Below are positions 1-21,097 of a stretch of 64,000 nucleotides of DNA, in pieces (positions within the stretch are counted from its first letter, which is position 1; every line of letters starts with the position of its first letter). This DNA is from the human T2T-CHM13v2.0 reference genome, Homo sapiens. A program made the translations under genes and the position numbers. The stretch is from assembly GCF_009914755.1 (NCBI RefSeq), contig NC_060948.1; one strand, 5' to 3'. Below the pieces are notes generated by a model. It was not told the origin of the DNA. It was given only the letters and a program-made list of their open reading frames with translations, and made no database searches.

Positions 1-94
1 AAGAAAATGAGCAAATGAACTCTGATTTTGAAGAACTTCATTGAATCAGGCTTATCTTGATGTCTTGTGAGTCAACAAGATGCAGCTGGACTAG

Positions 95-619
<525 letters not shown>

Positions 620-770
620 TGAAATGTGCATGACAGAGACCCCAAGGCTGTCTTTTCCAGCAGGAGCTCCGGGTTCATGACTGAGGATAGATGCTTCCCA
701 ACCTGCTCCTCACTCTCCAAAGAGCTTGCAAGTGGGCACAGATGAACCAAGCTCACCTTCCTGACAATGA

Positions 771-1133
<363 letters not shown>

Positions 1134-1739
1134 TGAGGGCTTTGTATTTTACGGAGACACAATCAGTCCATCATTCCACACAACTGTGCTGTTGGGAATC
1201 TGTGAAGGTTAAGAATTCCCCACTGCCTTTGTCTTCCAGAAAATGGTTTTACTGAAAAAAAAAAAAAAAAAATTCCCTTCCTCATTACTCACAGATGCTT
1301 CCAAGTCAGCCTAGGACAAGGCTGGCCACATCCTCCAAATTCACATTCTTTATTTGCCCCTTCAGGGATGGACTGAATTCCTCGTCTTCCTTGACCTGAA
1401 CAAAATTCCCATCTAACGTGATCACATTTTGGTTGGGTTTCTCTCCTCCTATCAGGCCCCGGGATGTTGGGCCAGCCTCACCTGGAGCAAACGTCAGAGG
1501 ATCAAGCAACGCTTCCTTAGGACCTGCTCAAAATTAGCTATGCAGCCACAGGGTTTGGCAGCTTTTATCCATGACTGAACCCCACATCGAACGACCCCAA
1601 TCACGGTTGTTCCGAGCATCACGTGCCTGTCCCTAGAAAAGAAAATGGTATGCTGCCTGCGCTCCAAGAGGCTCCCAGATGTCACTGCTCGGGTGTGCTT
1701 CATGGTGCTATAGGCAGCGTCCACCAGTGGTTGCATTAG

Positions 1740-2445
1740 TCCCTCCTCCTCTTGTTACAATAGTTCCTCCCCTATTACCATAATCCCTCCCCGCCATTAC
1801 CATAGTCCCCCCTCCTCCATTACCGTAGTCCCTCCTTCCGTTACCATAGACCCTCCTCCGTTACCACAGTCCCTTCTCCCGTTACCGTAGTCCCTCCCCA
1901 TTACCATAGTCCCTCCTCCATTACCATAGACCCTTCTACTTCTGTTACCATAGTCCCTCCTCCATTACCATAGACCCTCCTCCCGTTACTATAGTCCCTC
2001 CTTCCGTTACCATAGTCCCTCCTCCCATTACTATAGACCCTCCGTTACCACAGTCCCCCCTTCTCACATTACCATAGTCCCTCCTTCTGTTACCACAGAC
2101 CCTCCTTTCGTTACTATAGTCCCTCCTCGTTACCATAGACCCTCCTCCTCCCGTTACCGTAGACCCTCCCCGTTACCACAGCCCCTCCTCCGTTACCATA
2201 GTCCGTCCTTCTGTTACCATAGTCCCTCCTTCCATTACCATAGTACCTCCTCCCATTAGCAGAGTCCCTCCTTCTGTTACCAGTCCTTCCTCCTCCCGTT
2301 ACCATAGTCCACACTCCTCCCCTTACCATAGTCCCTCCTCCTCCCATTATCACCGCCCCTCCTCCTCCCATTATCACAGCCCCTCCTCCTCCCATTATCA
2401 CAGCCCCTCCTCCTCCCATTACAGTAGTCCCTCCTCCTCTTATTG
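1740..2445. repeat. ~21-bp C-rich minisatellite (TTACCATAGTCCCTCCTCCR-like)
   Basis: About 30 tandem degenerate copies are directly visible. Confidence 0.92.
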
Positions 2446-3050
2446 CAAAAGCTCCCATCTGTGGGAATGATCTTTTCAAATGAAACTGTTGCTACCTGTG
2501 TATCTGGTGTCTCTGTCACCATCATGGGACATCCCTGAAAGGTGTACCTCACTGCTGCAGAGTAGCACTCTCTGCAGGAAAGTCCATATCTTCCCTGCCC
2601 CAGACAACTGTGCTGTCCACAGCTGGACACTGGGCGCTTGCCAGACAGTTAGTGCAATGAGGCACTGAGTTTTTCTTTTCCCTTAATTATCACTTATTTA
2701 ATTTTCGCGCATCACACGTGACCCCTGACCCCTGTTCTGGGCACCATCGTCGGAGAAATTTTCTTGAGGCTCGGGTTTCTTCTTTCTTTGCTACAAACTC
2801 CCAGGGCTACTTACTAAGGTGAAGAAAACACACTGTTATGTAATCCATTATACAGTCAACGTATCCTTACCAGAACCAGAAAAATTCACAATTTTAATGG
2901 TGAATCGGGTTGGGAAATCCATGCTTCTAGTTTTGAGGCGAAATACATGACTGATAAAACCCTTTTGTATTATACAAGGGAACCGGAGTGGATGGAGTTT
3001 TGCTATAGATCTCCCAGACGCGCCCCACAGCTCCATGATTGACAGCGTGA

Positions 3051-3600
<550 letters not shown>

Positions 3601-3624
3601 TAAACCGCGGCTCTACTTTGCATC

Positions 3625-3972
3625 TGTATTAGTTCATTCTCACGCTGCTGATAGACATACCCGAGACGGGGTAATTTATAAAGAAAAAGAGCTTTAATGG
3701 ACTCACAGTTCCACGGGGTTGGGGAGGCCTCACAATCACGACGGAAGACGAAAACCATATCTTCCACGGCGGCAGGCAAAATGGCTCCTGTAGGGGAACT
3801 TCCATTTATAAAACATCAGATCTCGTGAGAACACACTCACTACCACGAGAACAGTATGCGGGTCACCGCGCCCATGATTCAATTTCCTCCACCTGGCCCC
3901 ACCCTTCACAGGTGGGAATCATTACAATTCCAGGTGCCATGTGGGTGGGGACACAGCCATCCCATCGTTACA
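3625..3972 (-). mobile_element. THE1/MST-type MaLR solo LTR
   Basis: tgtattagttcattctcacgctgct...gactcacagttccac...gggaggcctcacaatca resembles THE1 LTR. Confidence 0.8.
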
Positions 3973-4783
3973 GAGATTGTTGCAAGTTTGCCAGAATCCT
4001 CACACTCTTTTCAGAGGAGACCTTTCAAAAGAAACATCATCTAGGGAAGCTATGCTGTGTTCTGAGGCGAGGCTGGAATTTCAAAACCAGCTTTTCCACT
4101 AAAACACCTGCTCCATTTCCTCTGGGGCCTCCATTCTCCCCACGCCAGAATTAGGGGGTCTCTAGTCCCCCAGCTCTAATGCTTTCCAAGCAGGATAACC
4201 CTCTACATCCCATGGAAACCACGGCTGCTGCAAGGAAGAGCTGAGGGACTGCAGTGCCGCTGAACCGAGTCACCCTGGAGTTATAAATTATCAGGTTGGA
4301 GAAAAGGGGAAGGGGTTGTTGTATCTGGAGCTGAAGTTTTCAGGGCTGAGCTGCCAACGTGTGATACTTCAAGGGCCCCTGCGTACCTGACGCGGTGTGG
4401 ACAGTTCGCACCCACATAGAGTTTGCAAGCCAACAGGAAACCTAGGCAGGCTTCCTGGAGGAGGCATCATCCGGCCAGGAAATAGAGGTGAGATGTTGAC
4501 AGCAGGAGATGGTGAGAAAGGAACCCAGGAGGAGGGTTATCCAAAATAGGGCACACAGGTGAGAGAGTGGGGGAAGAGGAAGCCACAGGAAGGAAGAAAA
4601 AAGGTCAATGATATTGTGACGTAAAGTAAGTTCCTGTAGCATCTTAGCATAGCAAGTTTGAGAAACAGTCGTGCATGGAATGAGGACAAAAAAAGACCTC
4701 TGCACCTGCACACCTGCCCTCTACTCACCTGTCCAGCCCAGGCAATGGCCTACCACCCTCATGTGATTAGTATTGTTCTAAAG

Positions 4784-4902
4784 AAATGGAGTCTCACTAT
4801 GTTGCCCAGTCTGATCTCAAACTCCTGGGCTCATATGATCCTTCTGTCTCAGCCTCTGGAATTGCTGGGACTACACAGGCATGCCACCGTGCCTGGCTGA
4901 TT
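4784..4902 (-). mobile_element. FLAM/Alu monomer
   Basis: Single antisense monomer. Confidence 0.75.
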
Positions 4903-4988
4903 TGGATTCTTGACAGAAGAGTTGGCTCTGAAATACCAACATGTGGTTCTGTTTAAAAACAAAGGCTTCTCAAAACAGACCACAGTGA

Positions 4989-5750
<762 letters not shown>

Positions 5751-6237
5751 AAACAAAAATGAAAATAAACTATCCTGCATTCTTCAGACAACACTGTGAC
5801 TACAGGACAAGCGGTCACGCTGTCATGGAAGGATGGAGCCCATCTCAAAGGGAATTTCTGGAGTGCAGAAAGCAACCACATCAGGTGGGAATACGCCCTC
5901 CCAGTCAGCAGGTGCGTTCTCAAATCTCCAGCGGGTAATTAGTGCACATCACACAATGAATGAGCTTCCGATAAGTGAAAGTATGGTATGCACACCGCGG
6001 CTGTGAAATGCGGTTCGTTCTTGGATATCATGGGCAGCATTGAAAACTTAAACCTTTTTCTTCTTGTGGAAAAGGCTGGGGCTTGTCATCACTGTCTCCT
6101 CCCTTCCCCTCGCAGTTTATATTTAGCTGGGCACACGCCGTGTGGATGCCCGTTTTCTTCCTCCTAGGGGAGAATCCTCAGCTACAGGGTTGTTTTGGTT
6201 TCCTTGTGTGTTTGTTTCTTGATTTATTCTCTCTTGA

Positions 6238-6596
<359 letters not shown>

Positions 6597-7169
6597 CTCA
6601 GTGGGTTTTAGGAGCATCCCAGCATTCCCCGGACACAAAATGTGCCTCTCTGTGATTTTTACTAACTCGCCTGGAGTCACCAATGTTGTTGCCATATTTT
6701 GACCAAAACAGTAATAAAAGGGGCAATTTTCCTAGGGGCTCTTGTTCTGGTAGAAGAACAACTTCCCGCTGCCTGCATTGCAGGTGCCTCTGACTCAGGA
6801 GGAAACGCAGAATTTGGCGAACACGTGAAGTCTTTTTTCGCTAAATCTAAATTCTACAGGGTGGCTGGGGCCAATTGCAGTACGGATCTGAGGCATTGTA
6901 GATGGCAAGAGTGCATGTGTGCGTGTGTGTATGTGTCTGTGTGTGCATGTATGTCTACACTTGCCATAAACGAAAGCACAAAAGGGAAATGTCAGAAAGA
7001 AACCAGCAAAGGAAGCCAGCATCATTCACAATGCTGGTGTCTGTTACCCACAGAGGATGACATCGTCATTCAGGTGGCCATGAAGAAAGGCTTTGAATGA
7101 CACTCCCAGAACAAGAGCCTGGAGATCTAACATCCACTCTGATTCTGCCCCTAGCCTTGGGTGACGTGG

Positions 7170-8998
<1,829 letters not shown>

Positions 8999-9015
8999 TT
9001 GAGCCTCCCCTATGA

Positions 9016-9861
<846 letters not shown>

Positions 9862-10256
9862 AATGAATGTGTGGCAAGCAAAGAAAGAAGAACATGAAGA
9901 AAAGAGGGAGAGGAATACCCTACCACTACACAAGACCATATATCACCAACACCATTAATTCTTCCTTCTACATGATAAGCCGGCAAAGTCCCTGTCCTTG
10001 ATAACTGTGCCAATGACGTCTGATTCCCAGTAGATGGATGATGACTAATTAGTCCTACATGGCAAACAAACGAAGGGTTAATTAATCTGAGCCTGCCTGA
10101 GTTATCTGTGAATGAGGATAGCCCAGTCACTTGACAATCATTTTAAACAGGTCAACGGATGATCAATCACGACTGAAATTCCCCCGTAAAAGACGTGTCC
10201 ACTCAACTGGAATTTATTTCTAGGAAGAAAATGAGCGACCTGTGGGCTGGCAGTGG

Positions 10257-10290
<34 letters not shown>

Positions 10291-10670
10291 GATGCTGCTG
10301 TTTCTTAAAATGGGCTTTGAGTTTTTTGTGTTATTCTATCCAGGAGAGCTCATGAAGGACCCTGTCAGTGTGGGGGGCATCCAAAACACATTAAGGCCAG
10401 ATTCCTAGAGAAAGCTGTTTTGCCGAAACAAAAATGATGTCTGGTGGCATCACAGGCTTTCTTTAATCCACTTGGGCTCAGTCGTAATGGCAAAGCTAAT
10501 GAACACAGAGGGATATTTGCAGGATAAAAGCAATTAGAACAATTATGAGGGTAATTAACTGGCCCAACACACTCGTCAACACATCTAGCAGGACCGCCAG
10601 AATCTGAGACTCCAAAACCCAAGGTTTTTCTTTTCTGTTGATTCCAAAATCCTGGATGGATTTCCTGCTA

Positions 10671-11151
<481 letters not shown>

Positions 11152-11196
11152 TCAGGAGAGATGTATAGATATGATGTATGAGTTTACTATTGCTGC

Positions 11197-12378
<1,182 letters not shown>

Positions 12379-13094
12379 CTAAGAGCGACAGGTAGAGTGA
12401 CTAAAAGCACCTTTGTTCCAACAGTGGCAGGCTGTAGCATCCCCGTTCTCAGGAAGCCACAACCAAAAAAAAAAAAAAAAAAAAAAAGCCAGCAACACAC
12501 ATGAGGTGAGAAGGATTTTCCTGAAAACTTCCAGCCTGACAGGTGCATGATTATTTTAAAAGCAGAGCCTAGATGTGCAAATCTGCAGGAGGGGTAACAT
12601 GAAACTAAAACATGGCATTGTTTGCAAGCTACATGGCTTCGTAGGAGAGTCTGCTGTATGGGGGGCCATGGCTTGCATGGCTGACAGCATCACTTCTCCT
12701 GCATAGTGCAAAACATGGACAAGAAGATGCCTGAAGAGGTCCTGTGGGCCTGCCTAGACTCATCTGGCTTAATTACAATATTCAGAAATGCAACACCTAC
12801 TCTCTGGAGAAGTATTCCATTCCCTCTTTCTGGGCTCCCACAAGCACAGTCTTTGCTTGGCTGAGCAAAGGGAGCTGACAGCAGAATCCCTGAGTCTTCG
12901 GATATTAGGGCTGTTGTTAGCTATGGAAGGAGGGCAGAGTTGAGGGTGTCAGACTTGGCCAACCTACCCACCAGAAGGAGGACATGCAAGCCACAGAGAC
13001 TTGGGAGGAAGGACACAGAACAGTCCACAGATAGTCAAGTAGAGCAAGATTGTTTCAGGAAAAGGGGTTGGTTCTTTCACAGAATCCATGAACA

Positions 13095-14235
13095 GCAATC
13101 ATTACCATTTTCATAATCATCACTATCACCACCATCACCAACATCATAGCCACCACCATCATCATTACCATCATCACCATCACCACCATCATCACTACCA
13201 TCATCACCATCATCATCATCACCATCACCATCATCATCATCACCATCACCATCATCATCACCATCATCACCATCACCATCATCACCACCATCATCACCAT
13301 CATCACCATCACCATCATCACCACCATCATCACCATCATCATCACCATCACCATCATCACCATCATCACCATCACCATCACCACCATCATCACCATCATC
13401 ATCGCCATCATCATCACTATCATCATCATCATCATCACCATCACCATCATCACCATCATCATCACCATCACCGTCATCACCACCATCATCACCATCATCA
13501 TCGCCATCATCATTATCACCATCATCATCACTATCATCATCATCATCACCACCATCACCATCATCACCATCATTAGCAGCAGCAGCAGCATGACCATCAT
13601 CACCATCATTATCATTTCTATCATCACCATCACCATCATCACCATCATCATCAGCAGCATCATCACCATCACCAACATCATTATCATTTCTATTACCACC
13701 ACTATCACCATCATCATCATCACCACCATCACCATCAGCAGCAGCAGCAGCATCACCACCATCACCATCATCATTATTTCTATCACCACCACCATTGTCA
13801 TCACCATCATGACCATCATCATCACTGACCATCATCATCATCACATGACCATGACCATCACTATCACCATCCTCATCACCATCATCATTATCATTTCTAT
13901 CACCCCATCATCATCACCATCAGCATCAGCATCATCAACACCAATATTTTCATCATCACTATCATCACCATCATAAACACCATCATCACCATCACCATCA
14001 TCATTATCACATCAGCAGCAGCAGCATAATCATTATCATCACCATCATCACCATCGTCATGATCATCACCATCATCATCATCATCACCATCATCACAGTC
14101 ATTACTATATCACCATCACCATAATTATCACCATCATCACCATTACCACTGTCATCATCATTGCCATCATCACTACCACCATCATCACAACCATCATCAC
14201 CATCAGAATCACCATTATCATCAACATCATCATTG
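13095..14235. repeat. ~1.1 kb (CAT/CAC)n mixed trinucleotide simple repeat
   Basis: Continuous CAT/CAC triplets with CAG patches; a small outlier lies at 15845-15882. Confidence 0.95.
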
Positions 14236-14359
14236 TGGCAGCTGTCATTCATGAGATCCCACAATGCACAAAATATTTTCCTGTATTTTATTCCTTTGGC
14301 CAGTACTTTTTATATCCCAGTGATGTTCCATGGACCATCATGGGGCTGGGGAAATCAGT

Positions 14360-15250
14360 GACACAATTAAACAACCAACGATACAATGTGTGAGGTTGGC
14401 GATAGAAGGGATTAAGTGTCCCAAGGGAGCAGGGAGTTGTAAGGCACCTGGCTTCAGGACAACTGCTTTACAGCATGCTATAAAAGCTGAGAAGACTAGC
14501 ATGAAAGGGACTTGGATGGTCAGGAGGCAGAGGAGGGGAAGAATTCTCAAGAACCAGGAACCACATGTGCACAGCTACAGCAAACAGGTGGAGGCATGAA
14601 GGGCATTCTGCCCATATGGGTTTAAGCAGGTTAAGACAACAGTGTGACTCAGCAGGATCTCTCTGACTGCAGTGTAGACAGTTCAGGGAGGGAAACCTGG
14701 AAGCCGAGAGACTAGCCAGGAAGCAGAGTTATGAAGCAGGTAAGGGATAGGTGTGACCTGCTGTAGGGAGTGATACCGAAAATGACGGAGTGTTTTTGAT
14801 AAGCATGTAGGTGGTCTACAGAGCTCTCAGTTGCCACCAGGGAGAGGAATGCCAAGGTGGAGAAAAGCATCTCAGACACTCTAGGATCGACTGTAGGCAG
14901 CTGAGAGGATGGTAGTCCACTGACTTACACAGAGAGAAGGAAAATGTCAAATACATTCCTGCACTTGCTGTGGAAGCAGGGAGGTGTAGGAGGCAGGAGT
15001 TTGGAAACAAATATATTGGTGAGAACTAGCAGAGCAGAGTTTTGGAGAACACGGACGTGGTTGCAAGACCTAAGGAAAGGTGTGTAGTGTGAGATGCTAC
15101 GAGGAAACGCTGAGGAAAGGCAGCATAAAAGAAACAGTCAAGAAAGAAGCCACACAGGAGGGTAGGTCTTGGAGAAAGCAAACCCAGAGGGTGGAACCTC
15201 ATGAGAGGATGGAATTGAATCTTTCAAGACAGCTGTTAAAGGACACTTTT
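14360..15250. mobile_element. Probable ancient L2 remnant
   Basis: Purine-rich degenerate motifs typical of L2 (gggtttaagcagg, gatctctctgactgcagtgtaga). Weak. Confidence 0.45.
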
Positions 15251-15368
15251 TAAGAGTGTTTATCATAATTTTGCTCACTCAGATAAGTGGATGATTATTT
15301 AATTCCTCACTCCAGCTGGACTATAAATTCCACACAGGCAAGAAGCAAGCTTATTTGGTTGTATTTAA

Positions 15369-15848
<480 letters not shown>

Positions 15849-16547
15849 TCATTACCATCACCATCATCACCATCATCATCATTTAGGGAAAGGAACACAA
15901 ATGTGACACTGGAAATTCACATTTGAATTTGGAAATTCATCCATGAATCAGCCAGAGGGCTATGGTGGTGGCTAGTGATGGTCATGGTTGCTTTAAAAGA
16001 TGCATGCTTTATTGTGGTTTATGAGAGAACCACCAAGAATGGAAAGAATGTAGCACACAGACCGTAATTCTCATTCCATAGCCACAGCAGGCATCACTAA
16101 TTGATGACTATTCCTTGCTGCAGGATCATTCTTATCTCAGGGTGCTGGCAGCCAGAACCAATCAATCAGCCTTAGGAGGGAAAATCCACTTGCCATCCAT
16201 TCAATTTGTGATTCGGGTGTAGAGCATCTCCTGCATTCCGGCTGCTGTTATGAGATTAATTCCTTCAGAGGTTTACTAATTAATGGATGTTGAATTATCC
16301 CAAATGCTTCCCTGTTACCTAATGAGAAGCATCCTTTGGTCTACAGGTGGATGAGTTGCAACTAAGTCAGGAGTAATTTTTTTTTTAACCTGGAAGTCTA
16401 TTCAGTGGATAAGATTAAACTAGATTTTCTTTATTTAGGTTGGTAAGTAGAACCAGCCGATGATGCTTCTTTGAAAAGTGTTCATTTGGGAGTAAAACGG
16501 TTTACTCAGACACAGGTTGGTGGCTCTGGTCACTTTGAAGAGTACAG

Positions 16548-16765
16548 CCAGTAGATTTTTGGATAAATGGCCAAATACTACACACCTTAGGATTTGTGGG
16601 CCATAAGGTCTCTGTTGCAACTCTTCAAACCTGTGTACCTAAGGCAAAAACAGTCACAGGCAATAAGTAAATGAATGTATATGGCTGTGTTTCAAGAAAA
16701 CTTTAATGAGAAAAACAAGTTAAGGGTCAGATATGTTCCAGGGTCAACAGTTTCCAGATTCTTGA
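16548..16765. mobile_element. MER58-like hAT fragment
   Basis: gggccataaggtctctgttgcaactcttcaa...ggctgtgtttcaagaaaacttta. Confidence 0.65.
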
Positions 16766-17258
<493 letters not shown>

Positions 17259-17965
17259 TAATTCCATTTGCATGAATTTAGCAAAATTCTAATTTTTTGC
17301 AATAAGACAGCCTTTCATCCTTTGCCCAGGAGGAGGTAATCAAATATGTTAGTTGAGTTAAGAATAAATTACTTTTTTTGCATAAGTTTAAATCATATTT
17401 TTATTACATGTTATTTCCTCTTTCTTGTTCCAATTCATGCTAATCTGTCCTTGCTTCTTTTGTGTGTGGAATGAAGGATGAATAAATGGTGGGATATTAT
17501 TCTTTCATTTTTCTTAAGGAAACTACTATTGATGGTTTTGTTTTTTTTTTTTTTTGCTTCTCTGCTACTTTCCTTTTGTATTTATTTCTGCACAATGTCA
17601 TTATTTTCATACTCCTGCTTCCTAATTTTACTTTATTTCTTAGAGGCCCAGTCATCATTTGCTTTTTTATTTCTTACTAGCACGAGAACTTAGAGTGATA
17701 CAAATCTTCTGAATATTTTGGCTGCATTCTGCAGATAGTGACAGCTTCCATTTCCATGGATATTATTTATAAAACATTTTTGTCACCTGCTATGAATTGT
17801 CACCCTGCCCACATGCTTTAAAAGGACAGTTTTTGAAATCAACATGAGTTTGGGCACTGGGAAACTGCAAACTTAATAAAATTAAACATTAAAAAAGCGG
17901 CTCTTTCTGCTTCCCTATCAACTGAGGCAGCAGGGTTATAGATGTAGGGGGTAAGGAACGGACCC

Positions 17966-18410
17966 TGTATTGGTCAGGGTTCTCTAGAGGGACAGAACTA
18001 ACAGGATAGATATATAGAAAGGGGCATTTATTCGGTATTAACTCACACGATCACAAGGTCCCACAATAGACTGTCTGCAGGCTGAGGGGCAAGGAAGCCA
18101 GCCCAAGTCCCAAAGCTGAAGAACTTGGAGTCCAGTTTTCCAGGGCAGGAAGTATCCAGCACAGAGAAAGATGCAGGCTGGGAGGCTAGACCAGTCTAGT
18201 CTTTTCACGTTTTTCTGCCTGCTTATAGTCTAGCCTCGCTGGCCTGCTGATGACATGGTGGCCACCCAGATGATTAAGGGTGGGTCTGCCTTTCCCAGCC
18301 CACGGACTCAAATGTTAATGTCCTTTGGCAACACCCTCACAGACACACCCAGGATCAATACTTTGCATCCTTCAATCCAATCAAGTTTACTCTAAGTATT
18401 AATCATCGCA
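17966..18410 (-). mobile_element. MLT2A (HERV-L) solo LTR, same orientation as DHRSX
   Basis: tgtattggtcagggttctctagagggacagaact...caatccaatcaagtt..agtattaatcatcgca; imperfect 5-bp TSD gaccc/gaacc. Confidence 0.85.
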
Positions 18411-18913
18411 GAACCCATTCCAAGGGCAGAAGTTTACAGAGGAAATAGTTAGGACCTCAGCCAGCTCCAGAGTGTGCATGGATCAGATAACAGGGGTGAA
18501 TTTCCTCACAGCAGGCGGAAAAAAAAAAAAATTCCCTACTCTGAGCCTCCACCCTCCCCTGCAAAAAAAAAAAAAAAAAAAAAACGGGATTCCCTCAGGT
18601 ACCCCCAGAACCTAAATCTTGTTCTGTGCCAGGGAGGCATGGGGTACAGGAGCCTGGCTCACTCCTGAGGAAGCCACTGCTCATAGCTACAGGGTAGCTG
18701 TGGTCCTGTGGGGACTGATCAGCCTCAGGGCTTGAGGGGACAATGAGGGCAGAGAAAACAGGAGAAGGGAGTGGTATGGGTTTGTCCTTGGTCTTACTCA
18801 AAGGAGCCATTGGGAGGCATGGAGGGAACCCCATGGCAAGATGCTGAGACGATGCCAGCTTGCTGGGGGTTGCAGAAACGTTTTCAGGTAGCCCCTTGGA
18901 AAGAAACACTGGT

Positions 18914-19748
18914 TGTCATGGGCTGAATTTTGTCCCCCTCAAATTCATACATTGAGATCCTCACCCCTAGGACTTCAGAATGTGATCATATTTGGATATG
19001 GGGTCTTTAAAGAGGCAATTAAGGTAAAATGAGGTTTCAGGGGGTTGGGGGGAGGCTGATCCAATGGGACTGGCTCCTTATAAGAAGAGGAGATGAGGAC
19101 ACAGACACACACAGAGGGACAACCCTGTGAGGACACAGGGAGAAGACGGTGACTCCAAGTCCAGCAGAGAGACCTCAGGAGGAACCAGCCCTGCCCATAC
19201 CCTGATCTCAGATGTCCAGCCTCCAGTACTGTGGGAGAATCAATGTCTATTGTTTCTAAGCCACCCAGCCTATGGTATTCTGTGATAGCAGCCTGAAATG
19301 GACTAAGATATCTCATAAGAAGAGGAGATGAGGACACAGACACAGACAGAGGAAGGACTCTGTGAGGACACAGGGAGAAGACAGCATCTCCAAGTCCAGG
19401 AGAGAGACCTCAGGAGGAATCAGCCTTGCCCATACCCTGATCTCAGACATCCAGCCTCCAGGACTGTGGGAGAATAAATGTCTTGTTTGTAAGTCATCCA
19501 GCCTATGGTATTCTGTGACAGCAGCCTGAAATAGACTAAGACATTTCATAAGAAGAGATGAGGACACAGACACACACAGAGGAAGGACTCTGTGAGGACA
19601 CAGGGAGAAGACGGCGTCTACAAGCCAGAGAGAAAGCAAGCCTACCGACACGGTGACCTCAGACATGTAGCCTCTACAGCTGTGAGAGAATAAGTATCTT
19701 TTGTTTAAACCACCTGGTCTGTGGATCTCTGTAACACTCGGCAACGCT
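18914..19748 (+). mobile_element. MLT1-derived LTR with ~233-bp internal tandem amplification (3 units)
   Basis: Unit ataagaagaggagatgaggacacag...gactaagaca starts at ~19080, ~19315 and ~19548. Confidence 0.8.
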
Positions 19749-20430
19749 ACAAGACGAATACACGGACCAGAGCATTAGAAGCGCCGCAGGTGGTCTCTGG
19801 CAGTCACGCTTCTGCCATGAGAATCAGCTCTAACCGTCTGTTACCGGGACATAGGGTAACCAGCCAGGAAGGGGTCACCTGGTCTCCTTCCTCCTCTCTC
19901 TCACCTGCACCCAGGTGGGTGCTCCAATGGCAGCTCATGGGGGGAAAGAGAGGGAAAGGCTGGGCCAGAGGCAGCAGAAATCTCCCTTCTGAAAGAGGAA
20001 GATGACCTGAGCTCCTGCCCTGGGCTGAATCCCTGAATCCGGACTCTGTTTTGTGATGAAAGTGATGGCGGTAACCTGGGAGGGGGTGGGTAGGTAGGTT
20101 TCGTGTCCACCTCTGTTTCCATGCAGGAGCTTGGGAGAGGGAGACAGGGAGGGCACAGCACATGGATGACACCCCACGGGCTGTGTGCTTGGCGTGCTGG
20201 ACACGTGTGTCACAGTCTTTCTTGACCTAAAACATGGGTACTTTTATCCACTCATGAGTGTATGATCAATTGACACACACGAGTCACTCACCAACAGCTG
20301 CACAAGGATGCTCCAGAGATAAATCTTCTCTTGCCTTGTGTTTTATTTATTCTTCTCTGTATCTCCCTGATCTGGCCTTTTCAGATTCAGAATCACGTGG
20401 GTTGTTGAGCATTTCCAATTTAAGGGCAAT

Positions 20431-21097
<667 letters not shown>

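Noticed and set aside
3880-3915. THE1 hotspot core CCTCCCTnnCCAC
   Set aside because: This copy reads ccacccttcacag at the corresponding site, so there is no match.
13055-14264. Poly-His, poly-Met/Val and poly-Asp ORFs up to 256 aa
   Set aside because: They are reading frames of a CAT/CAC simple repeat, with no splice or promoter support.
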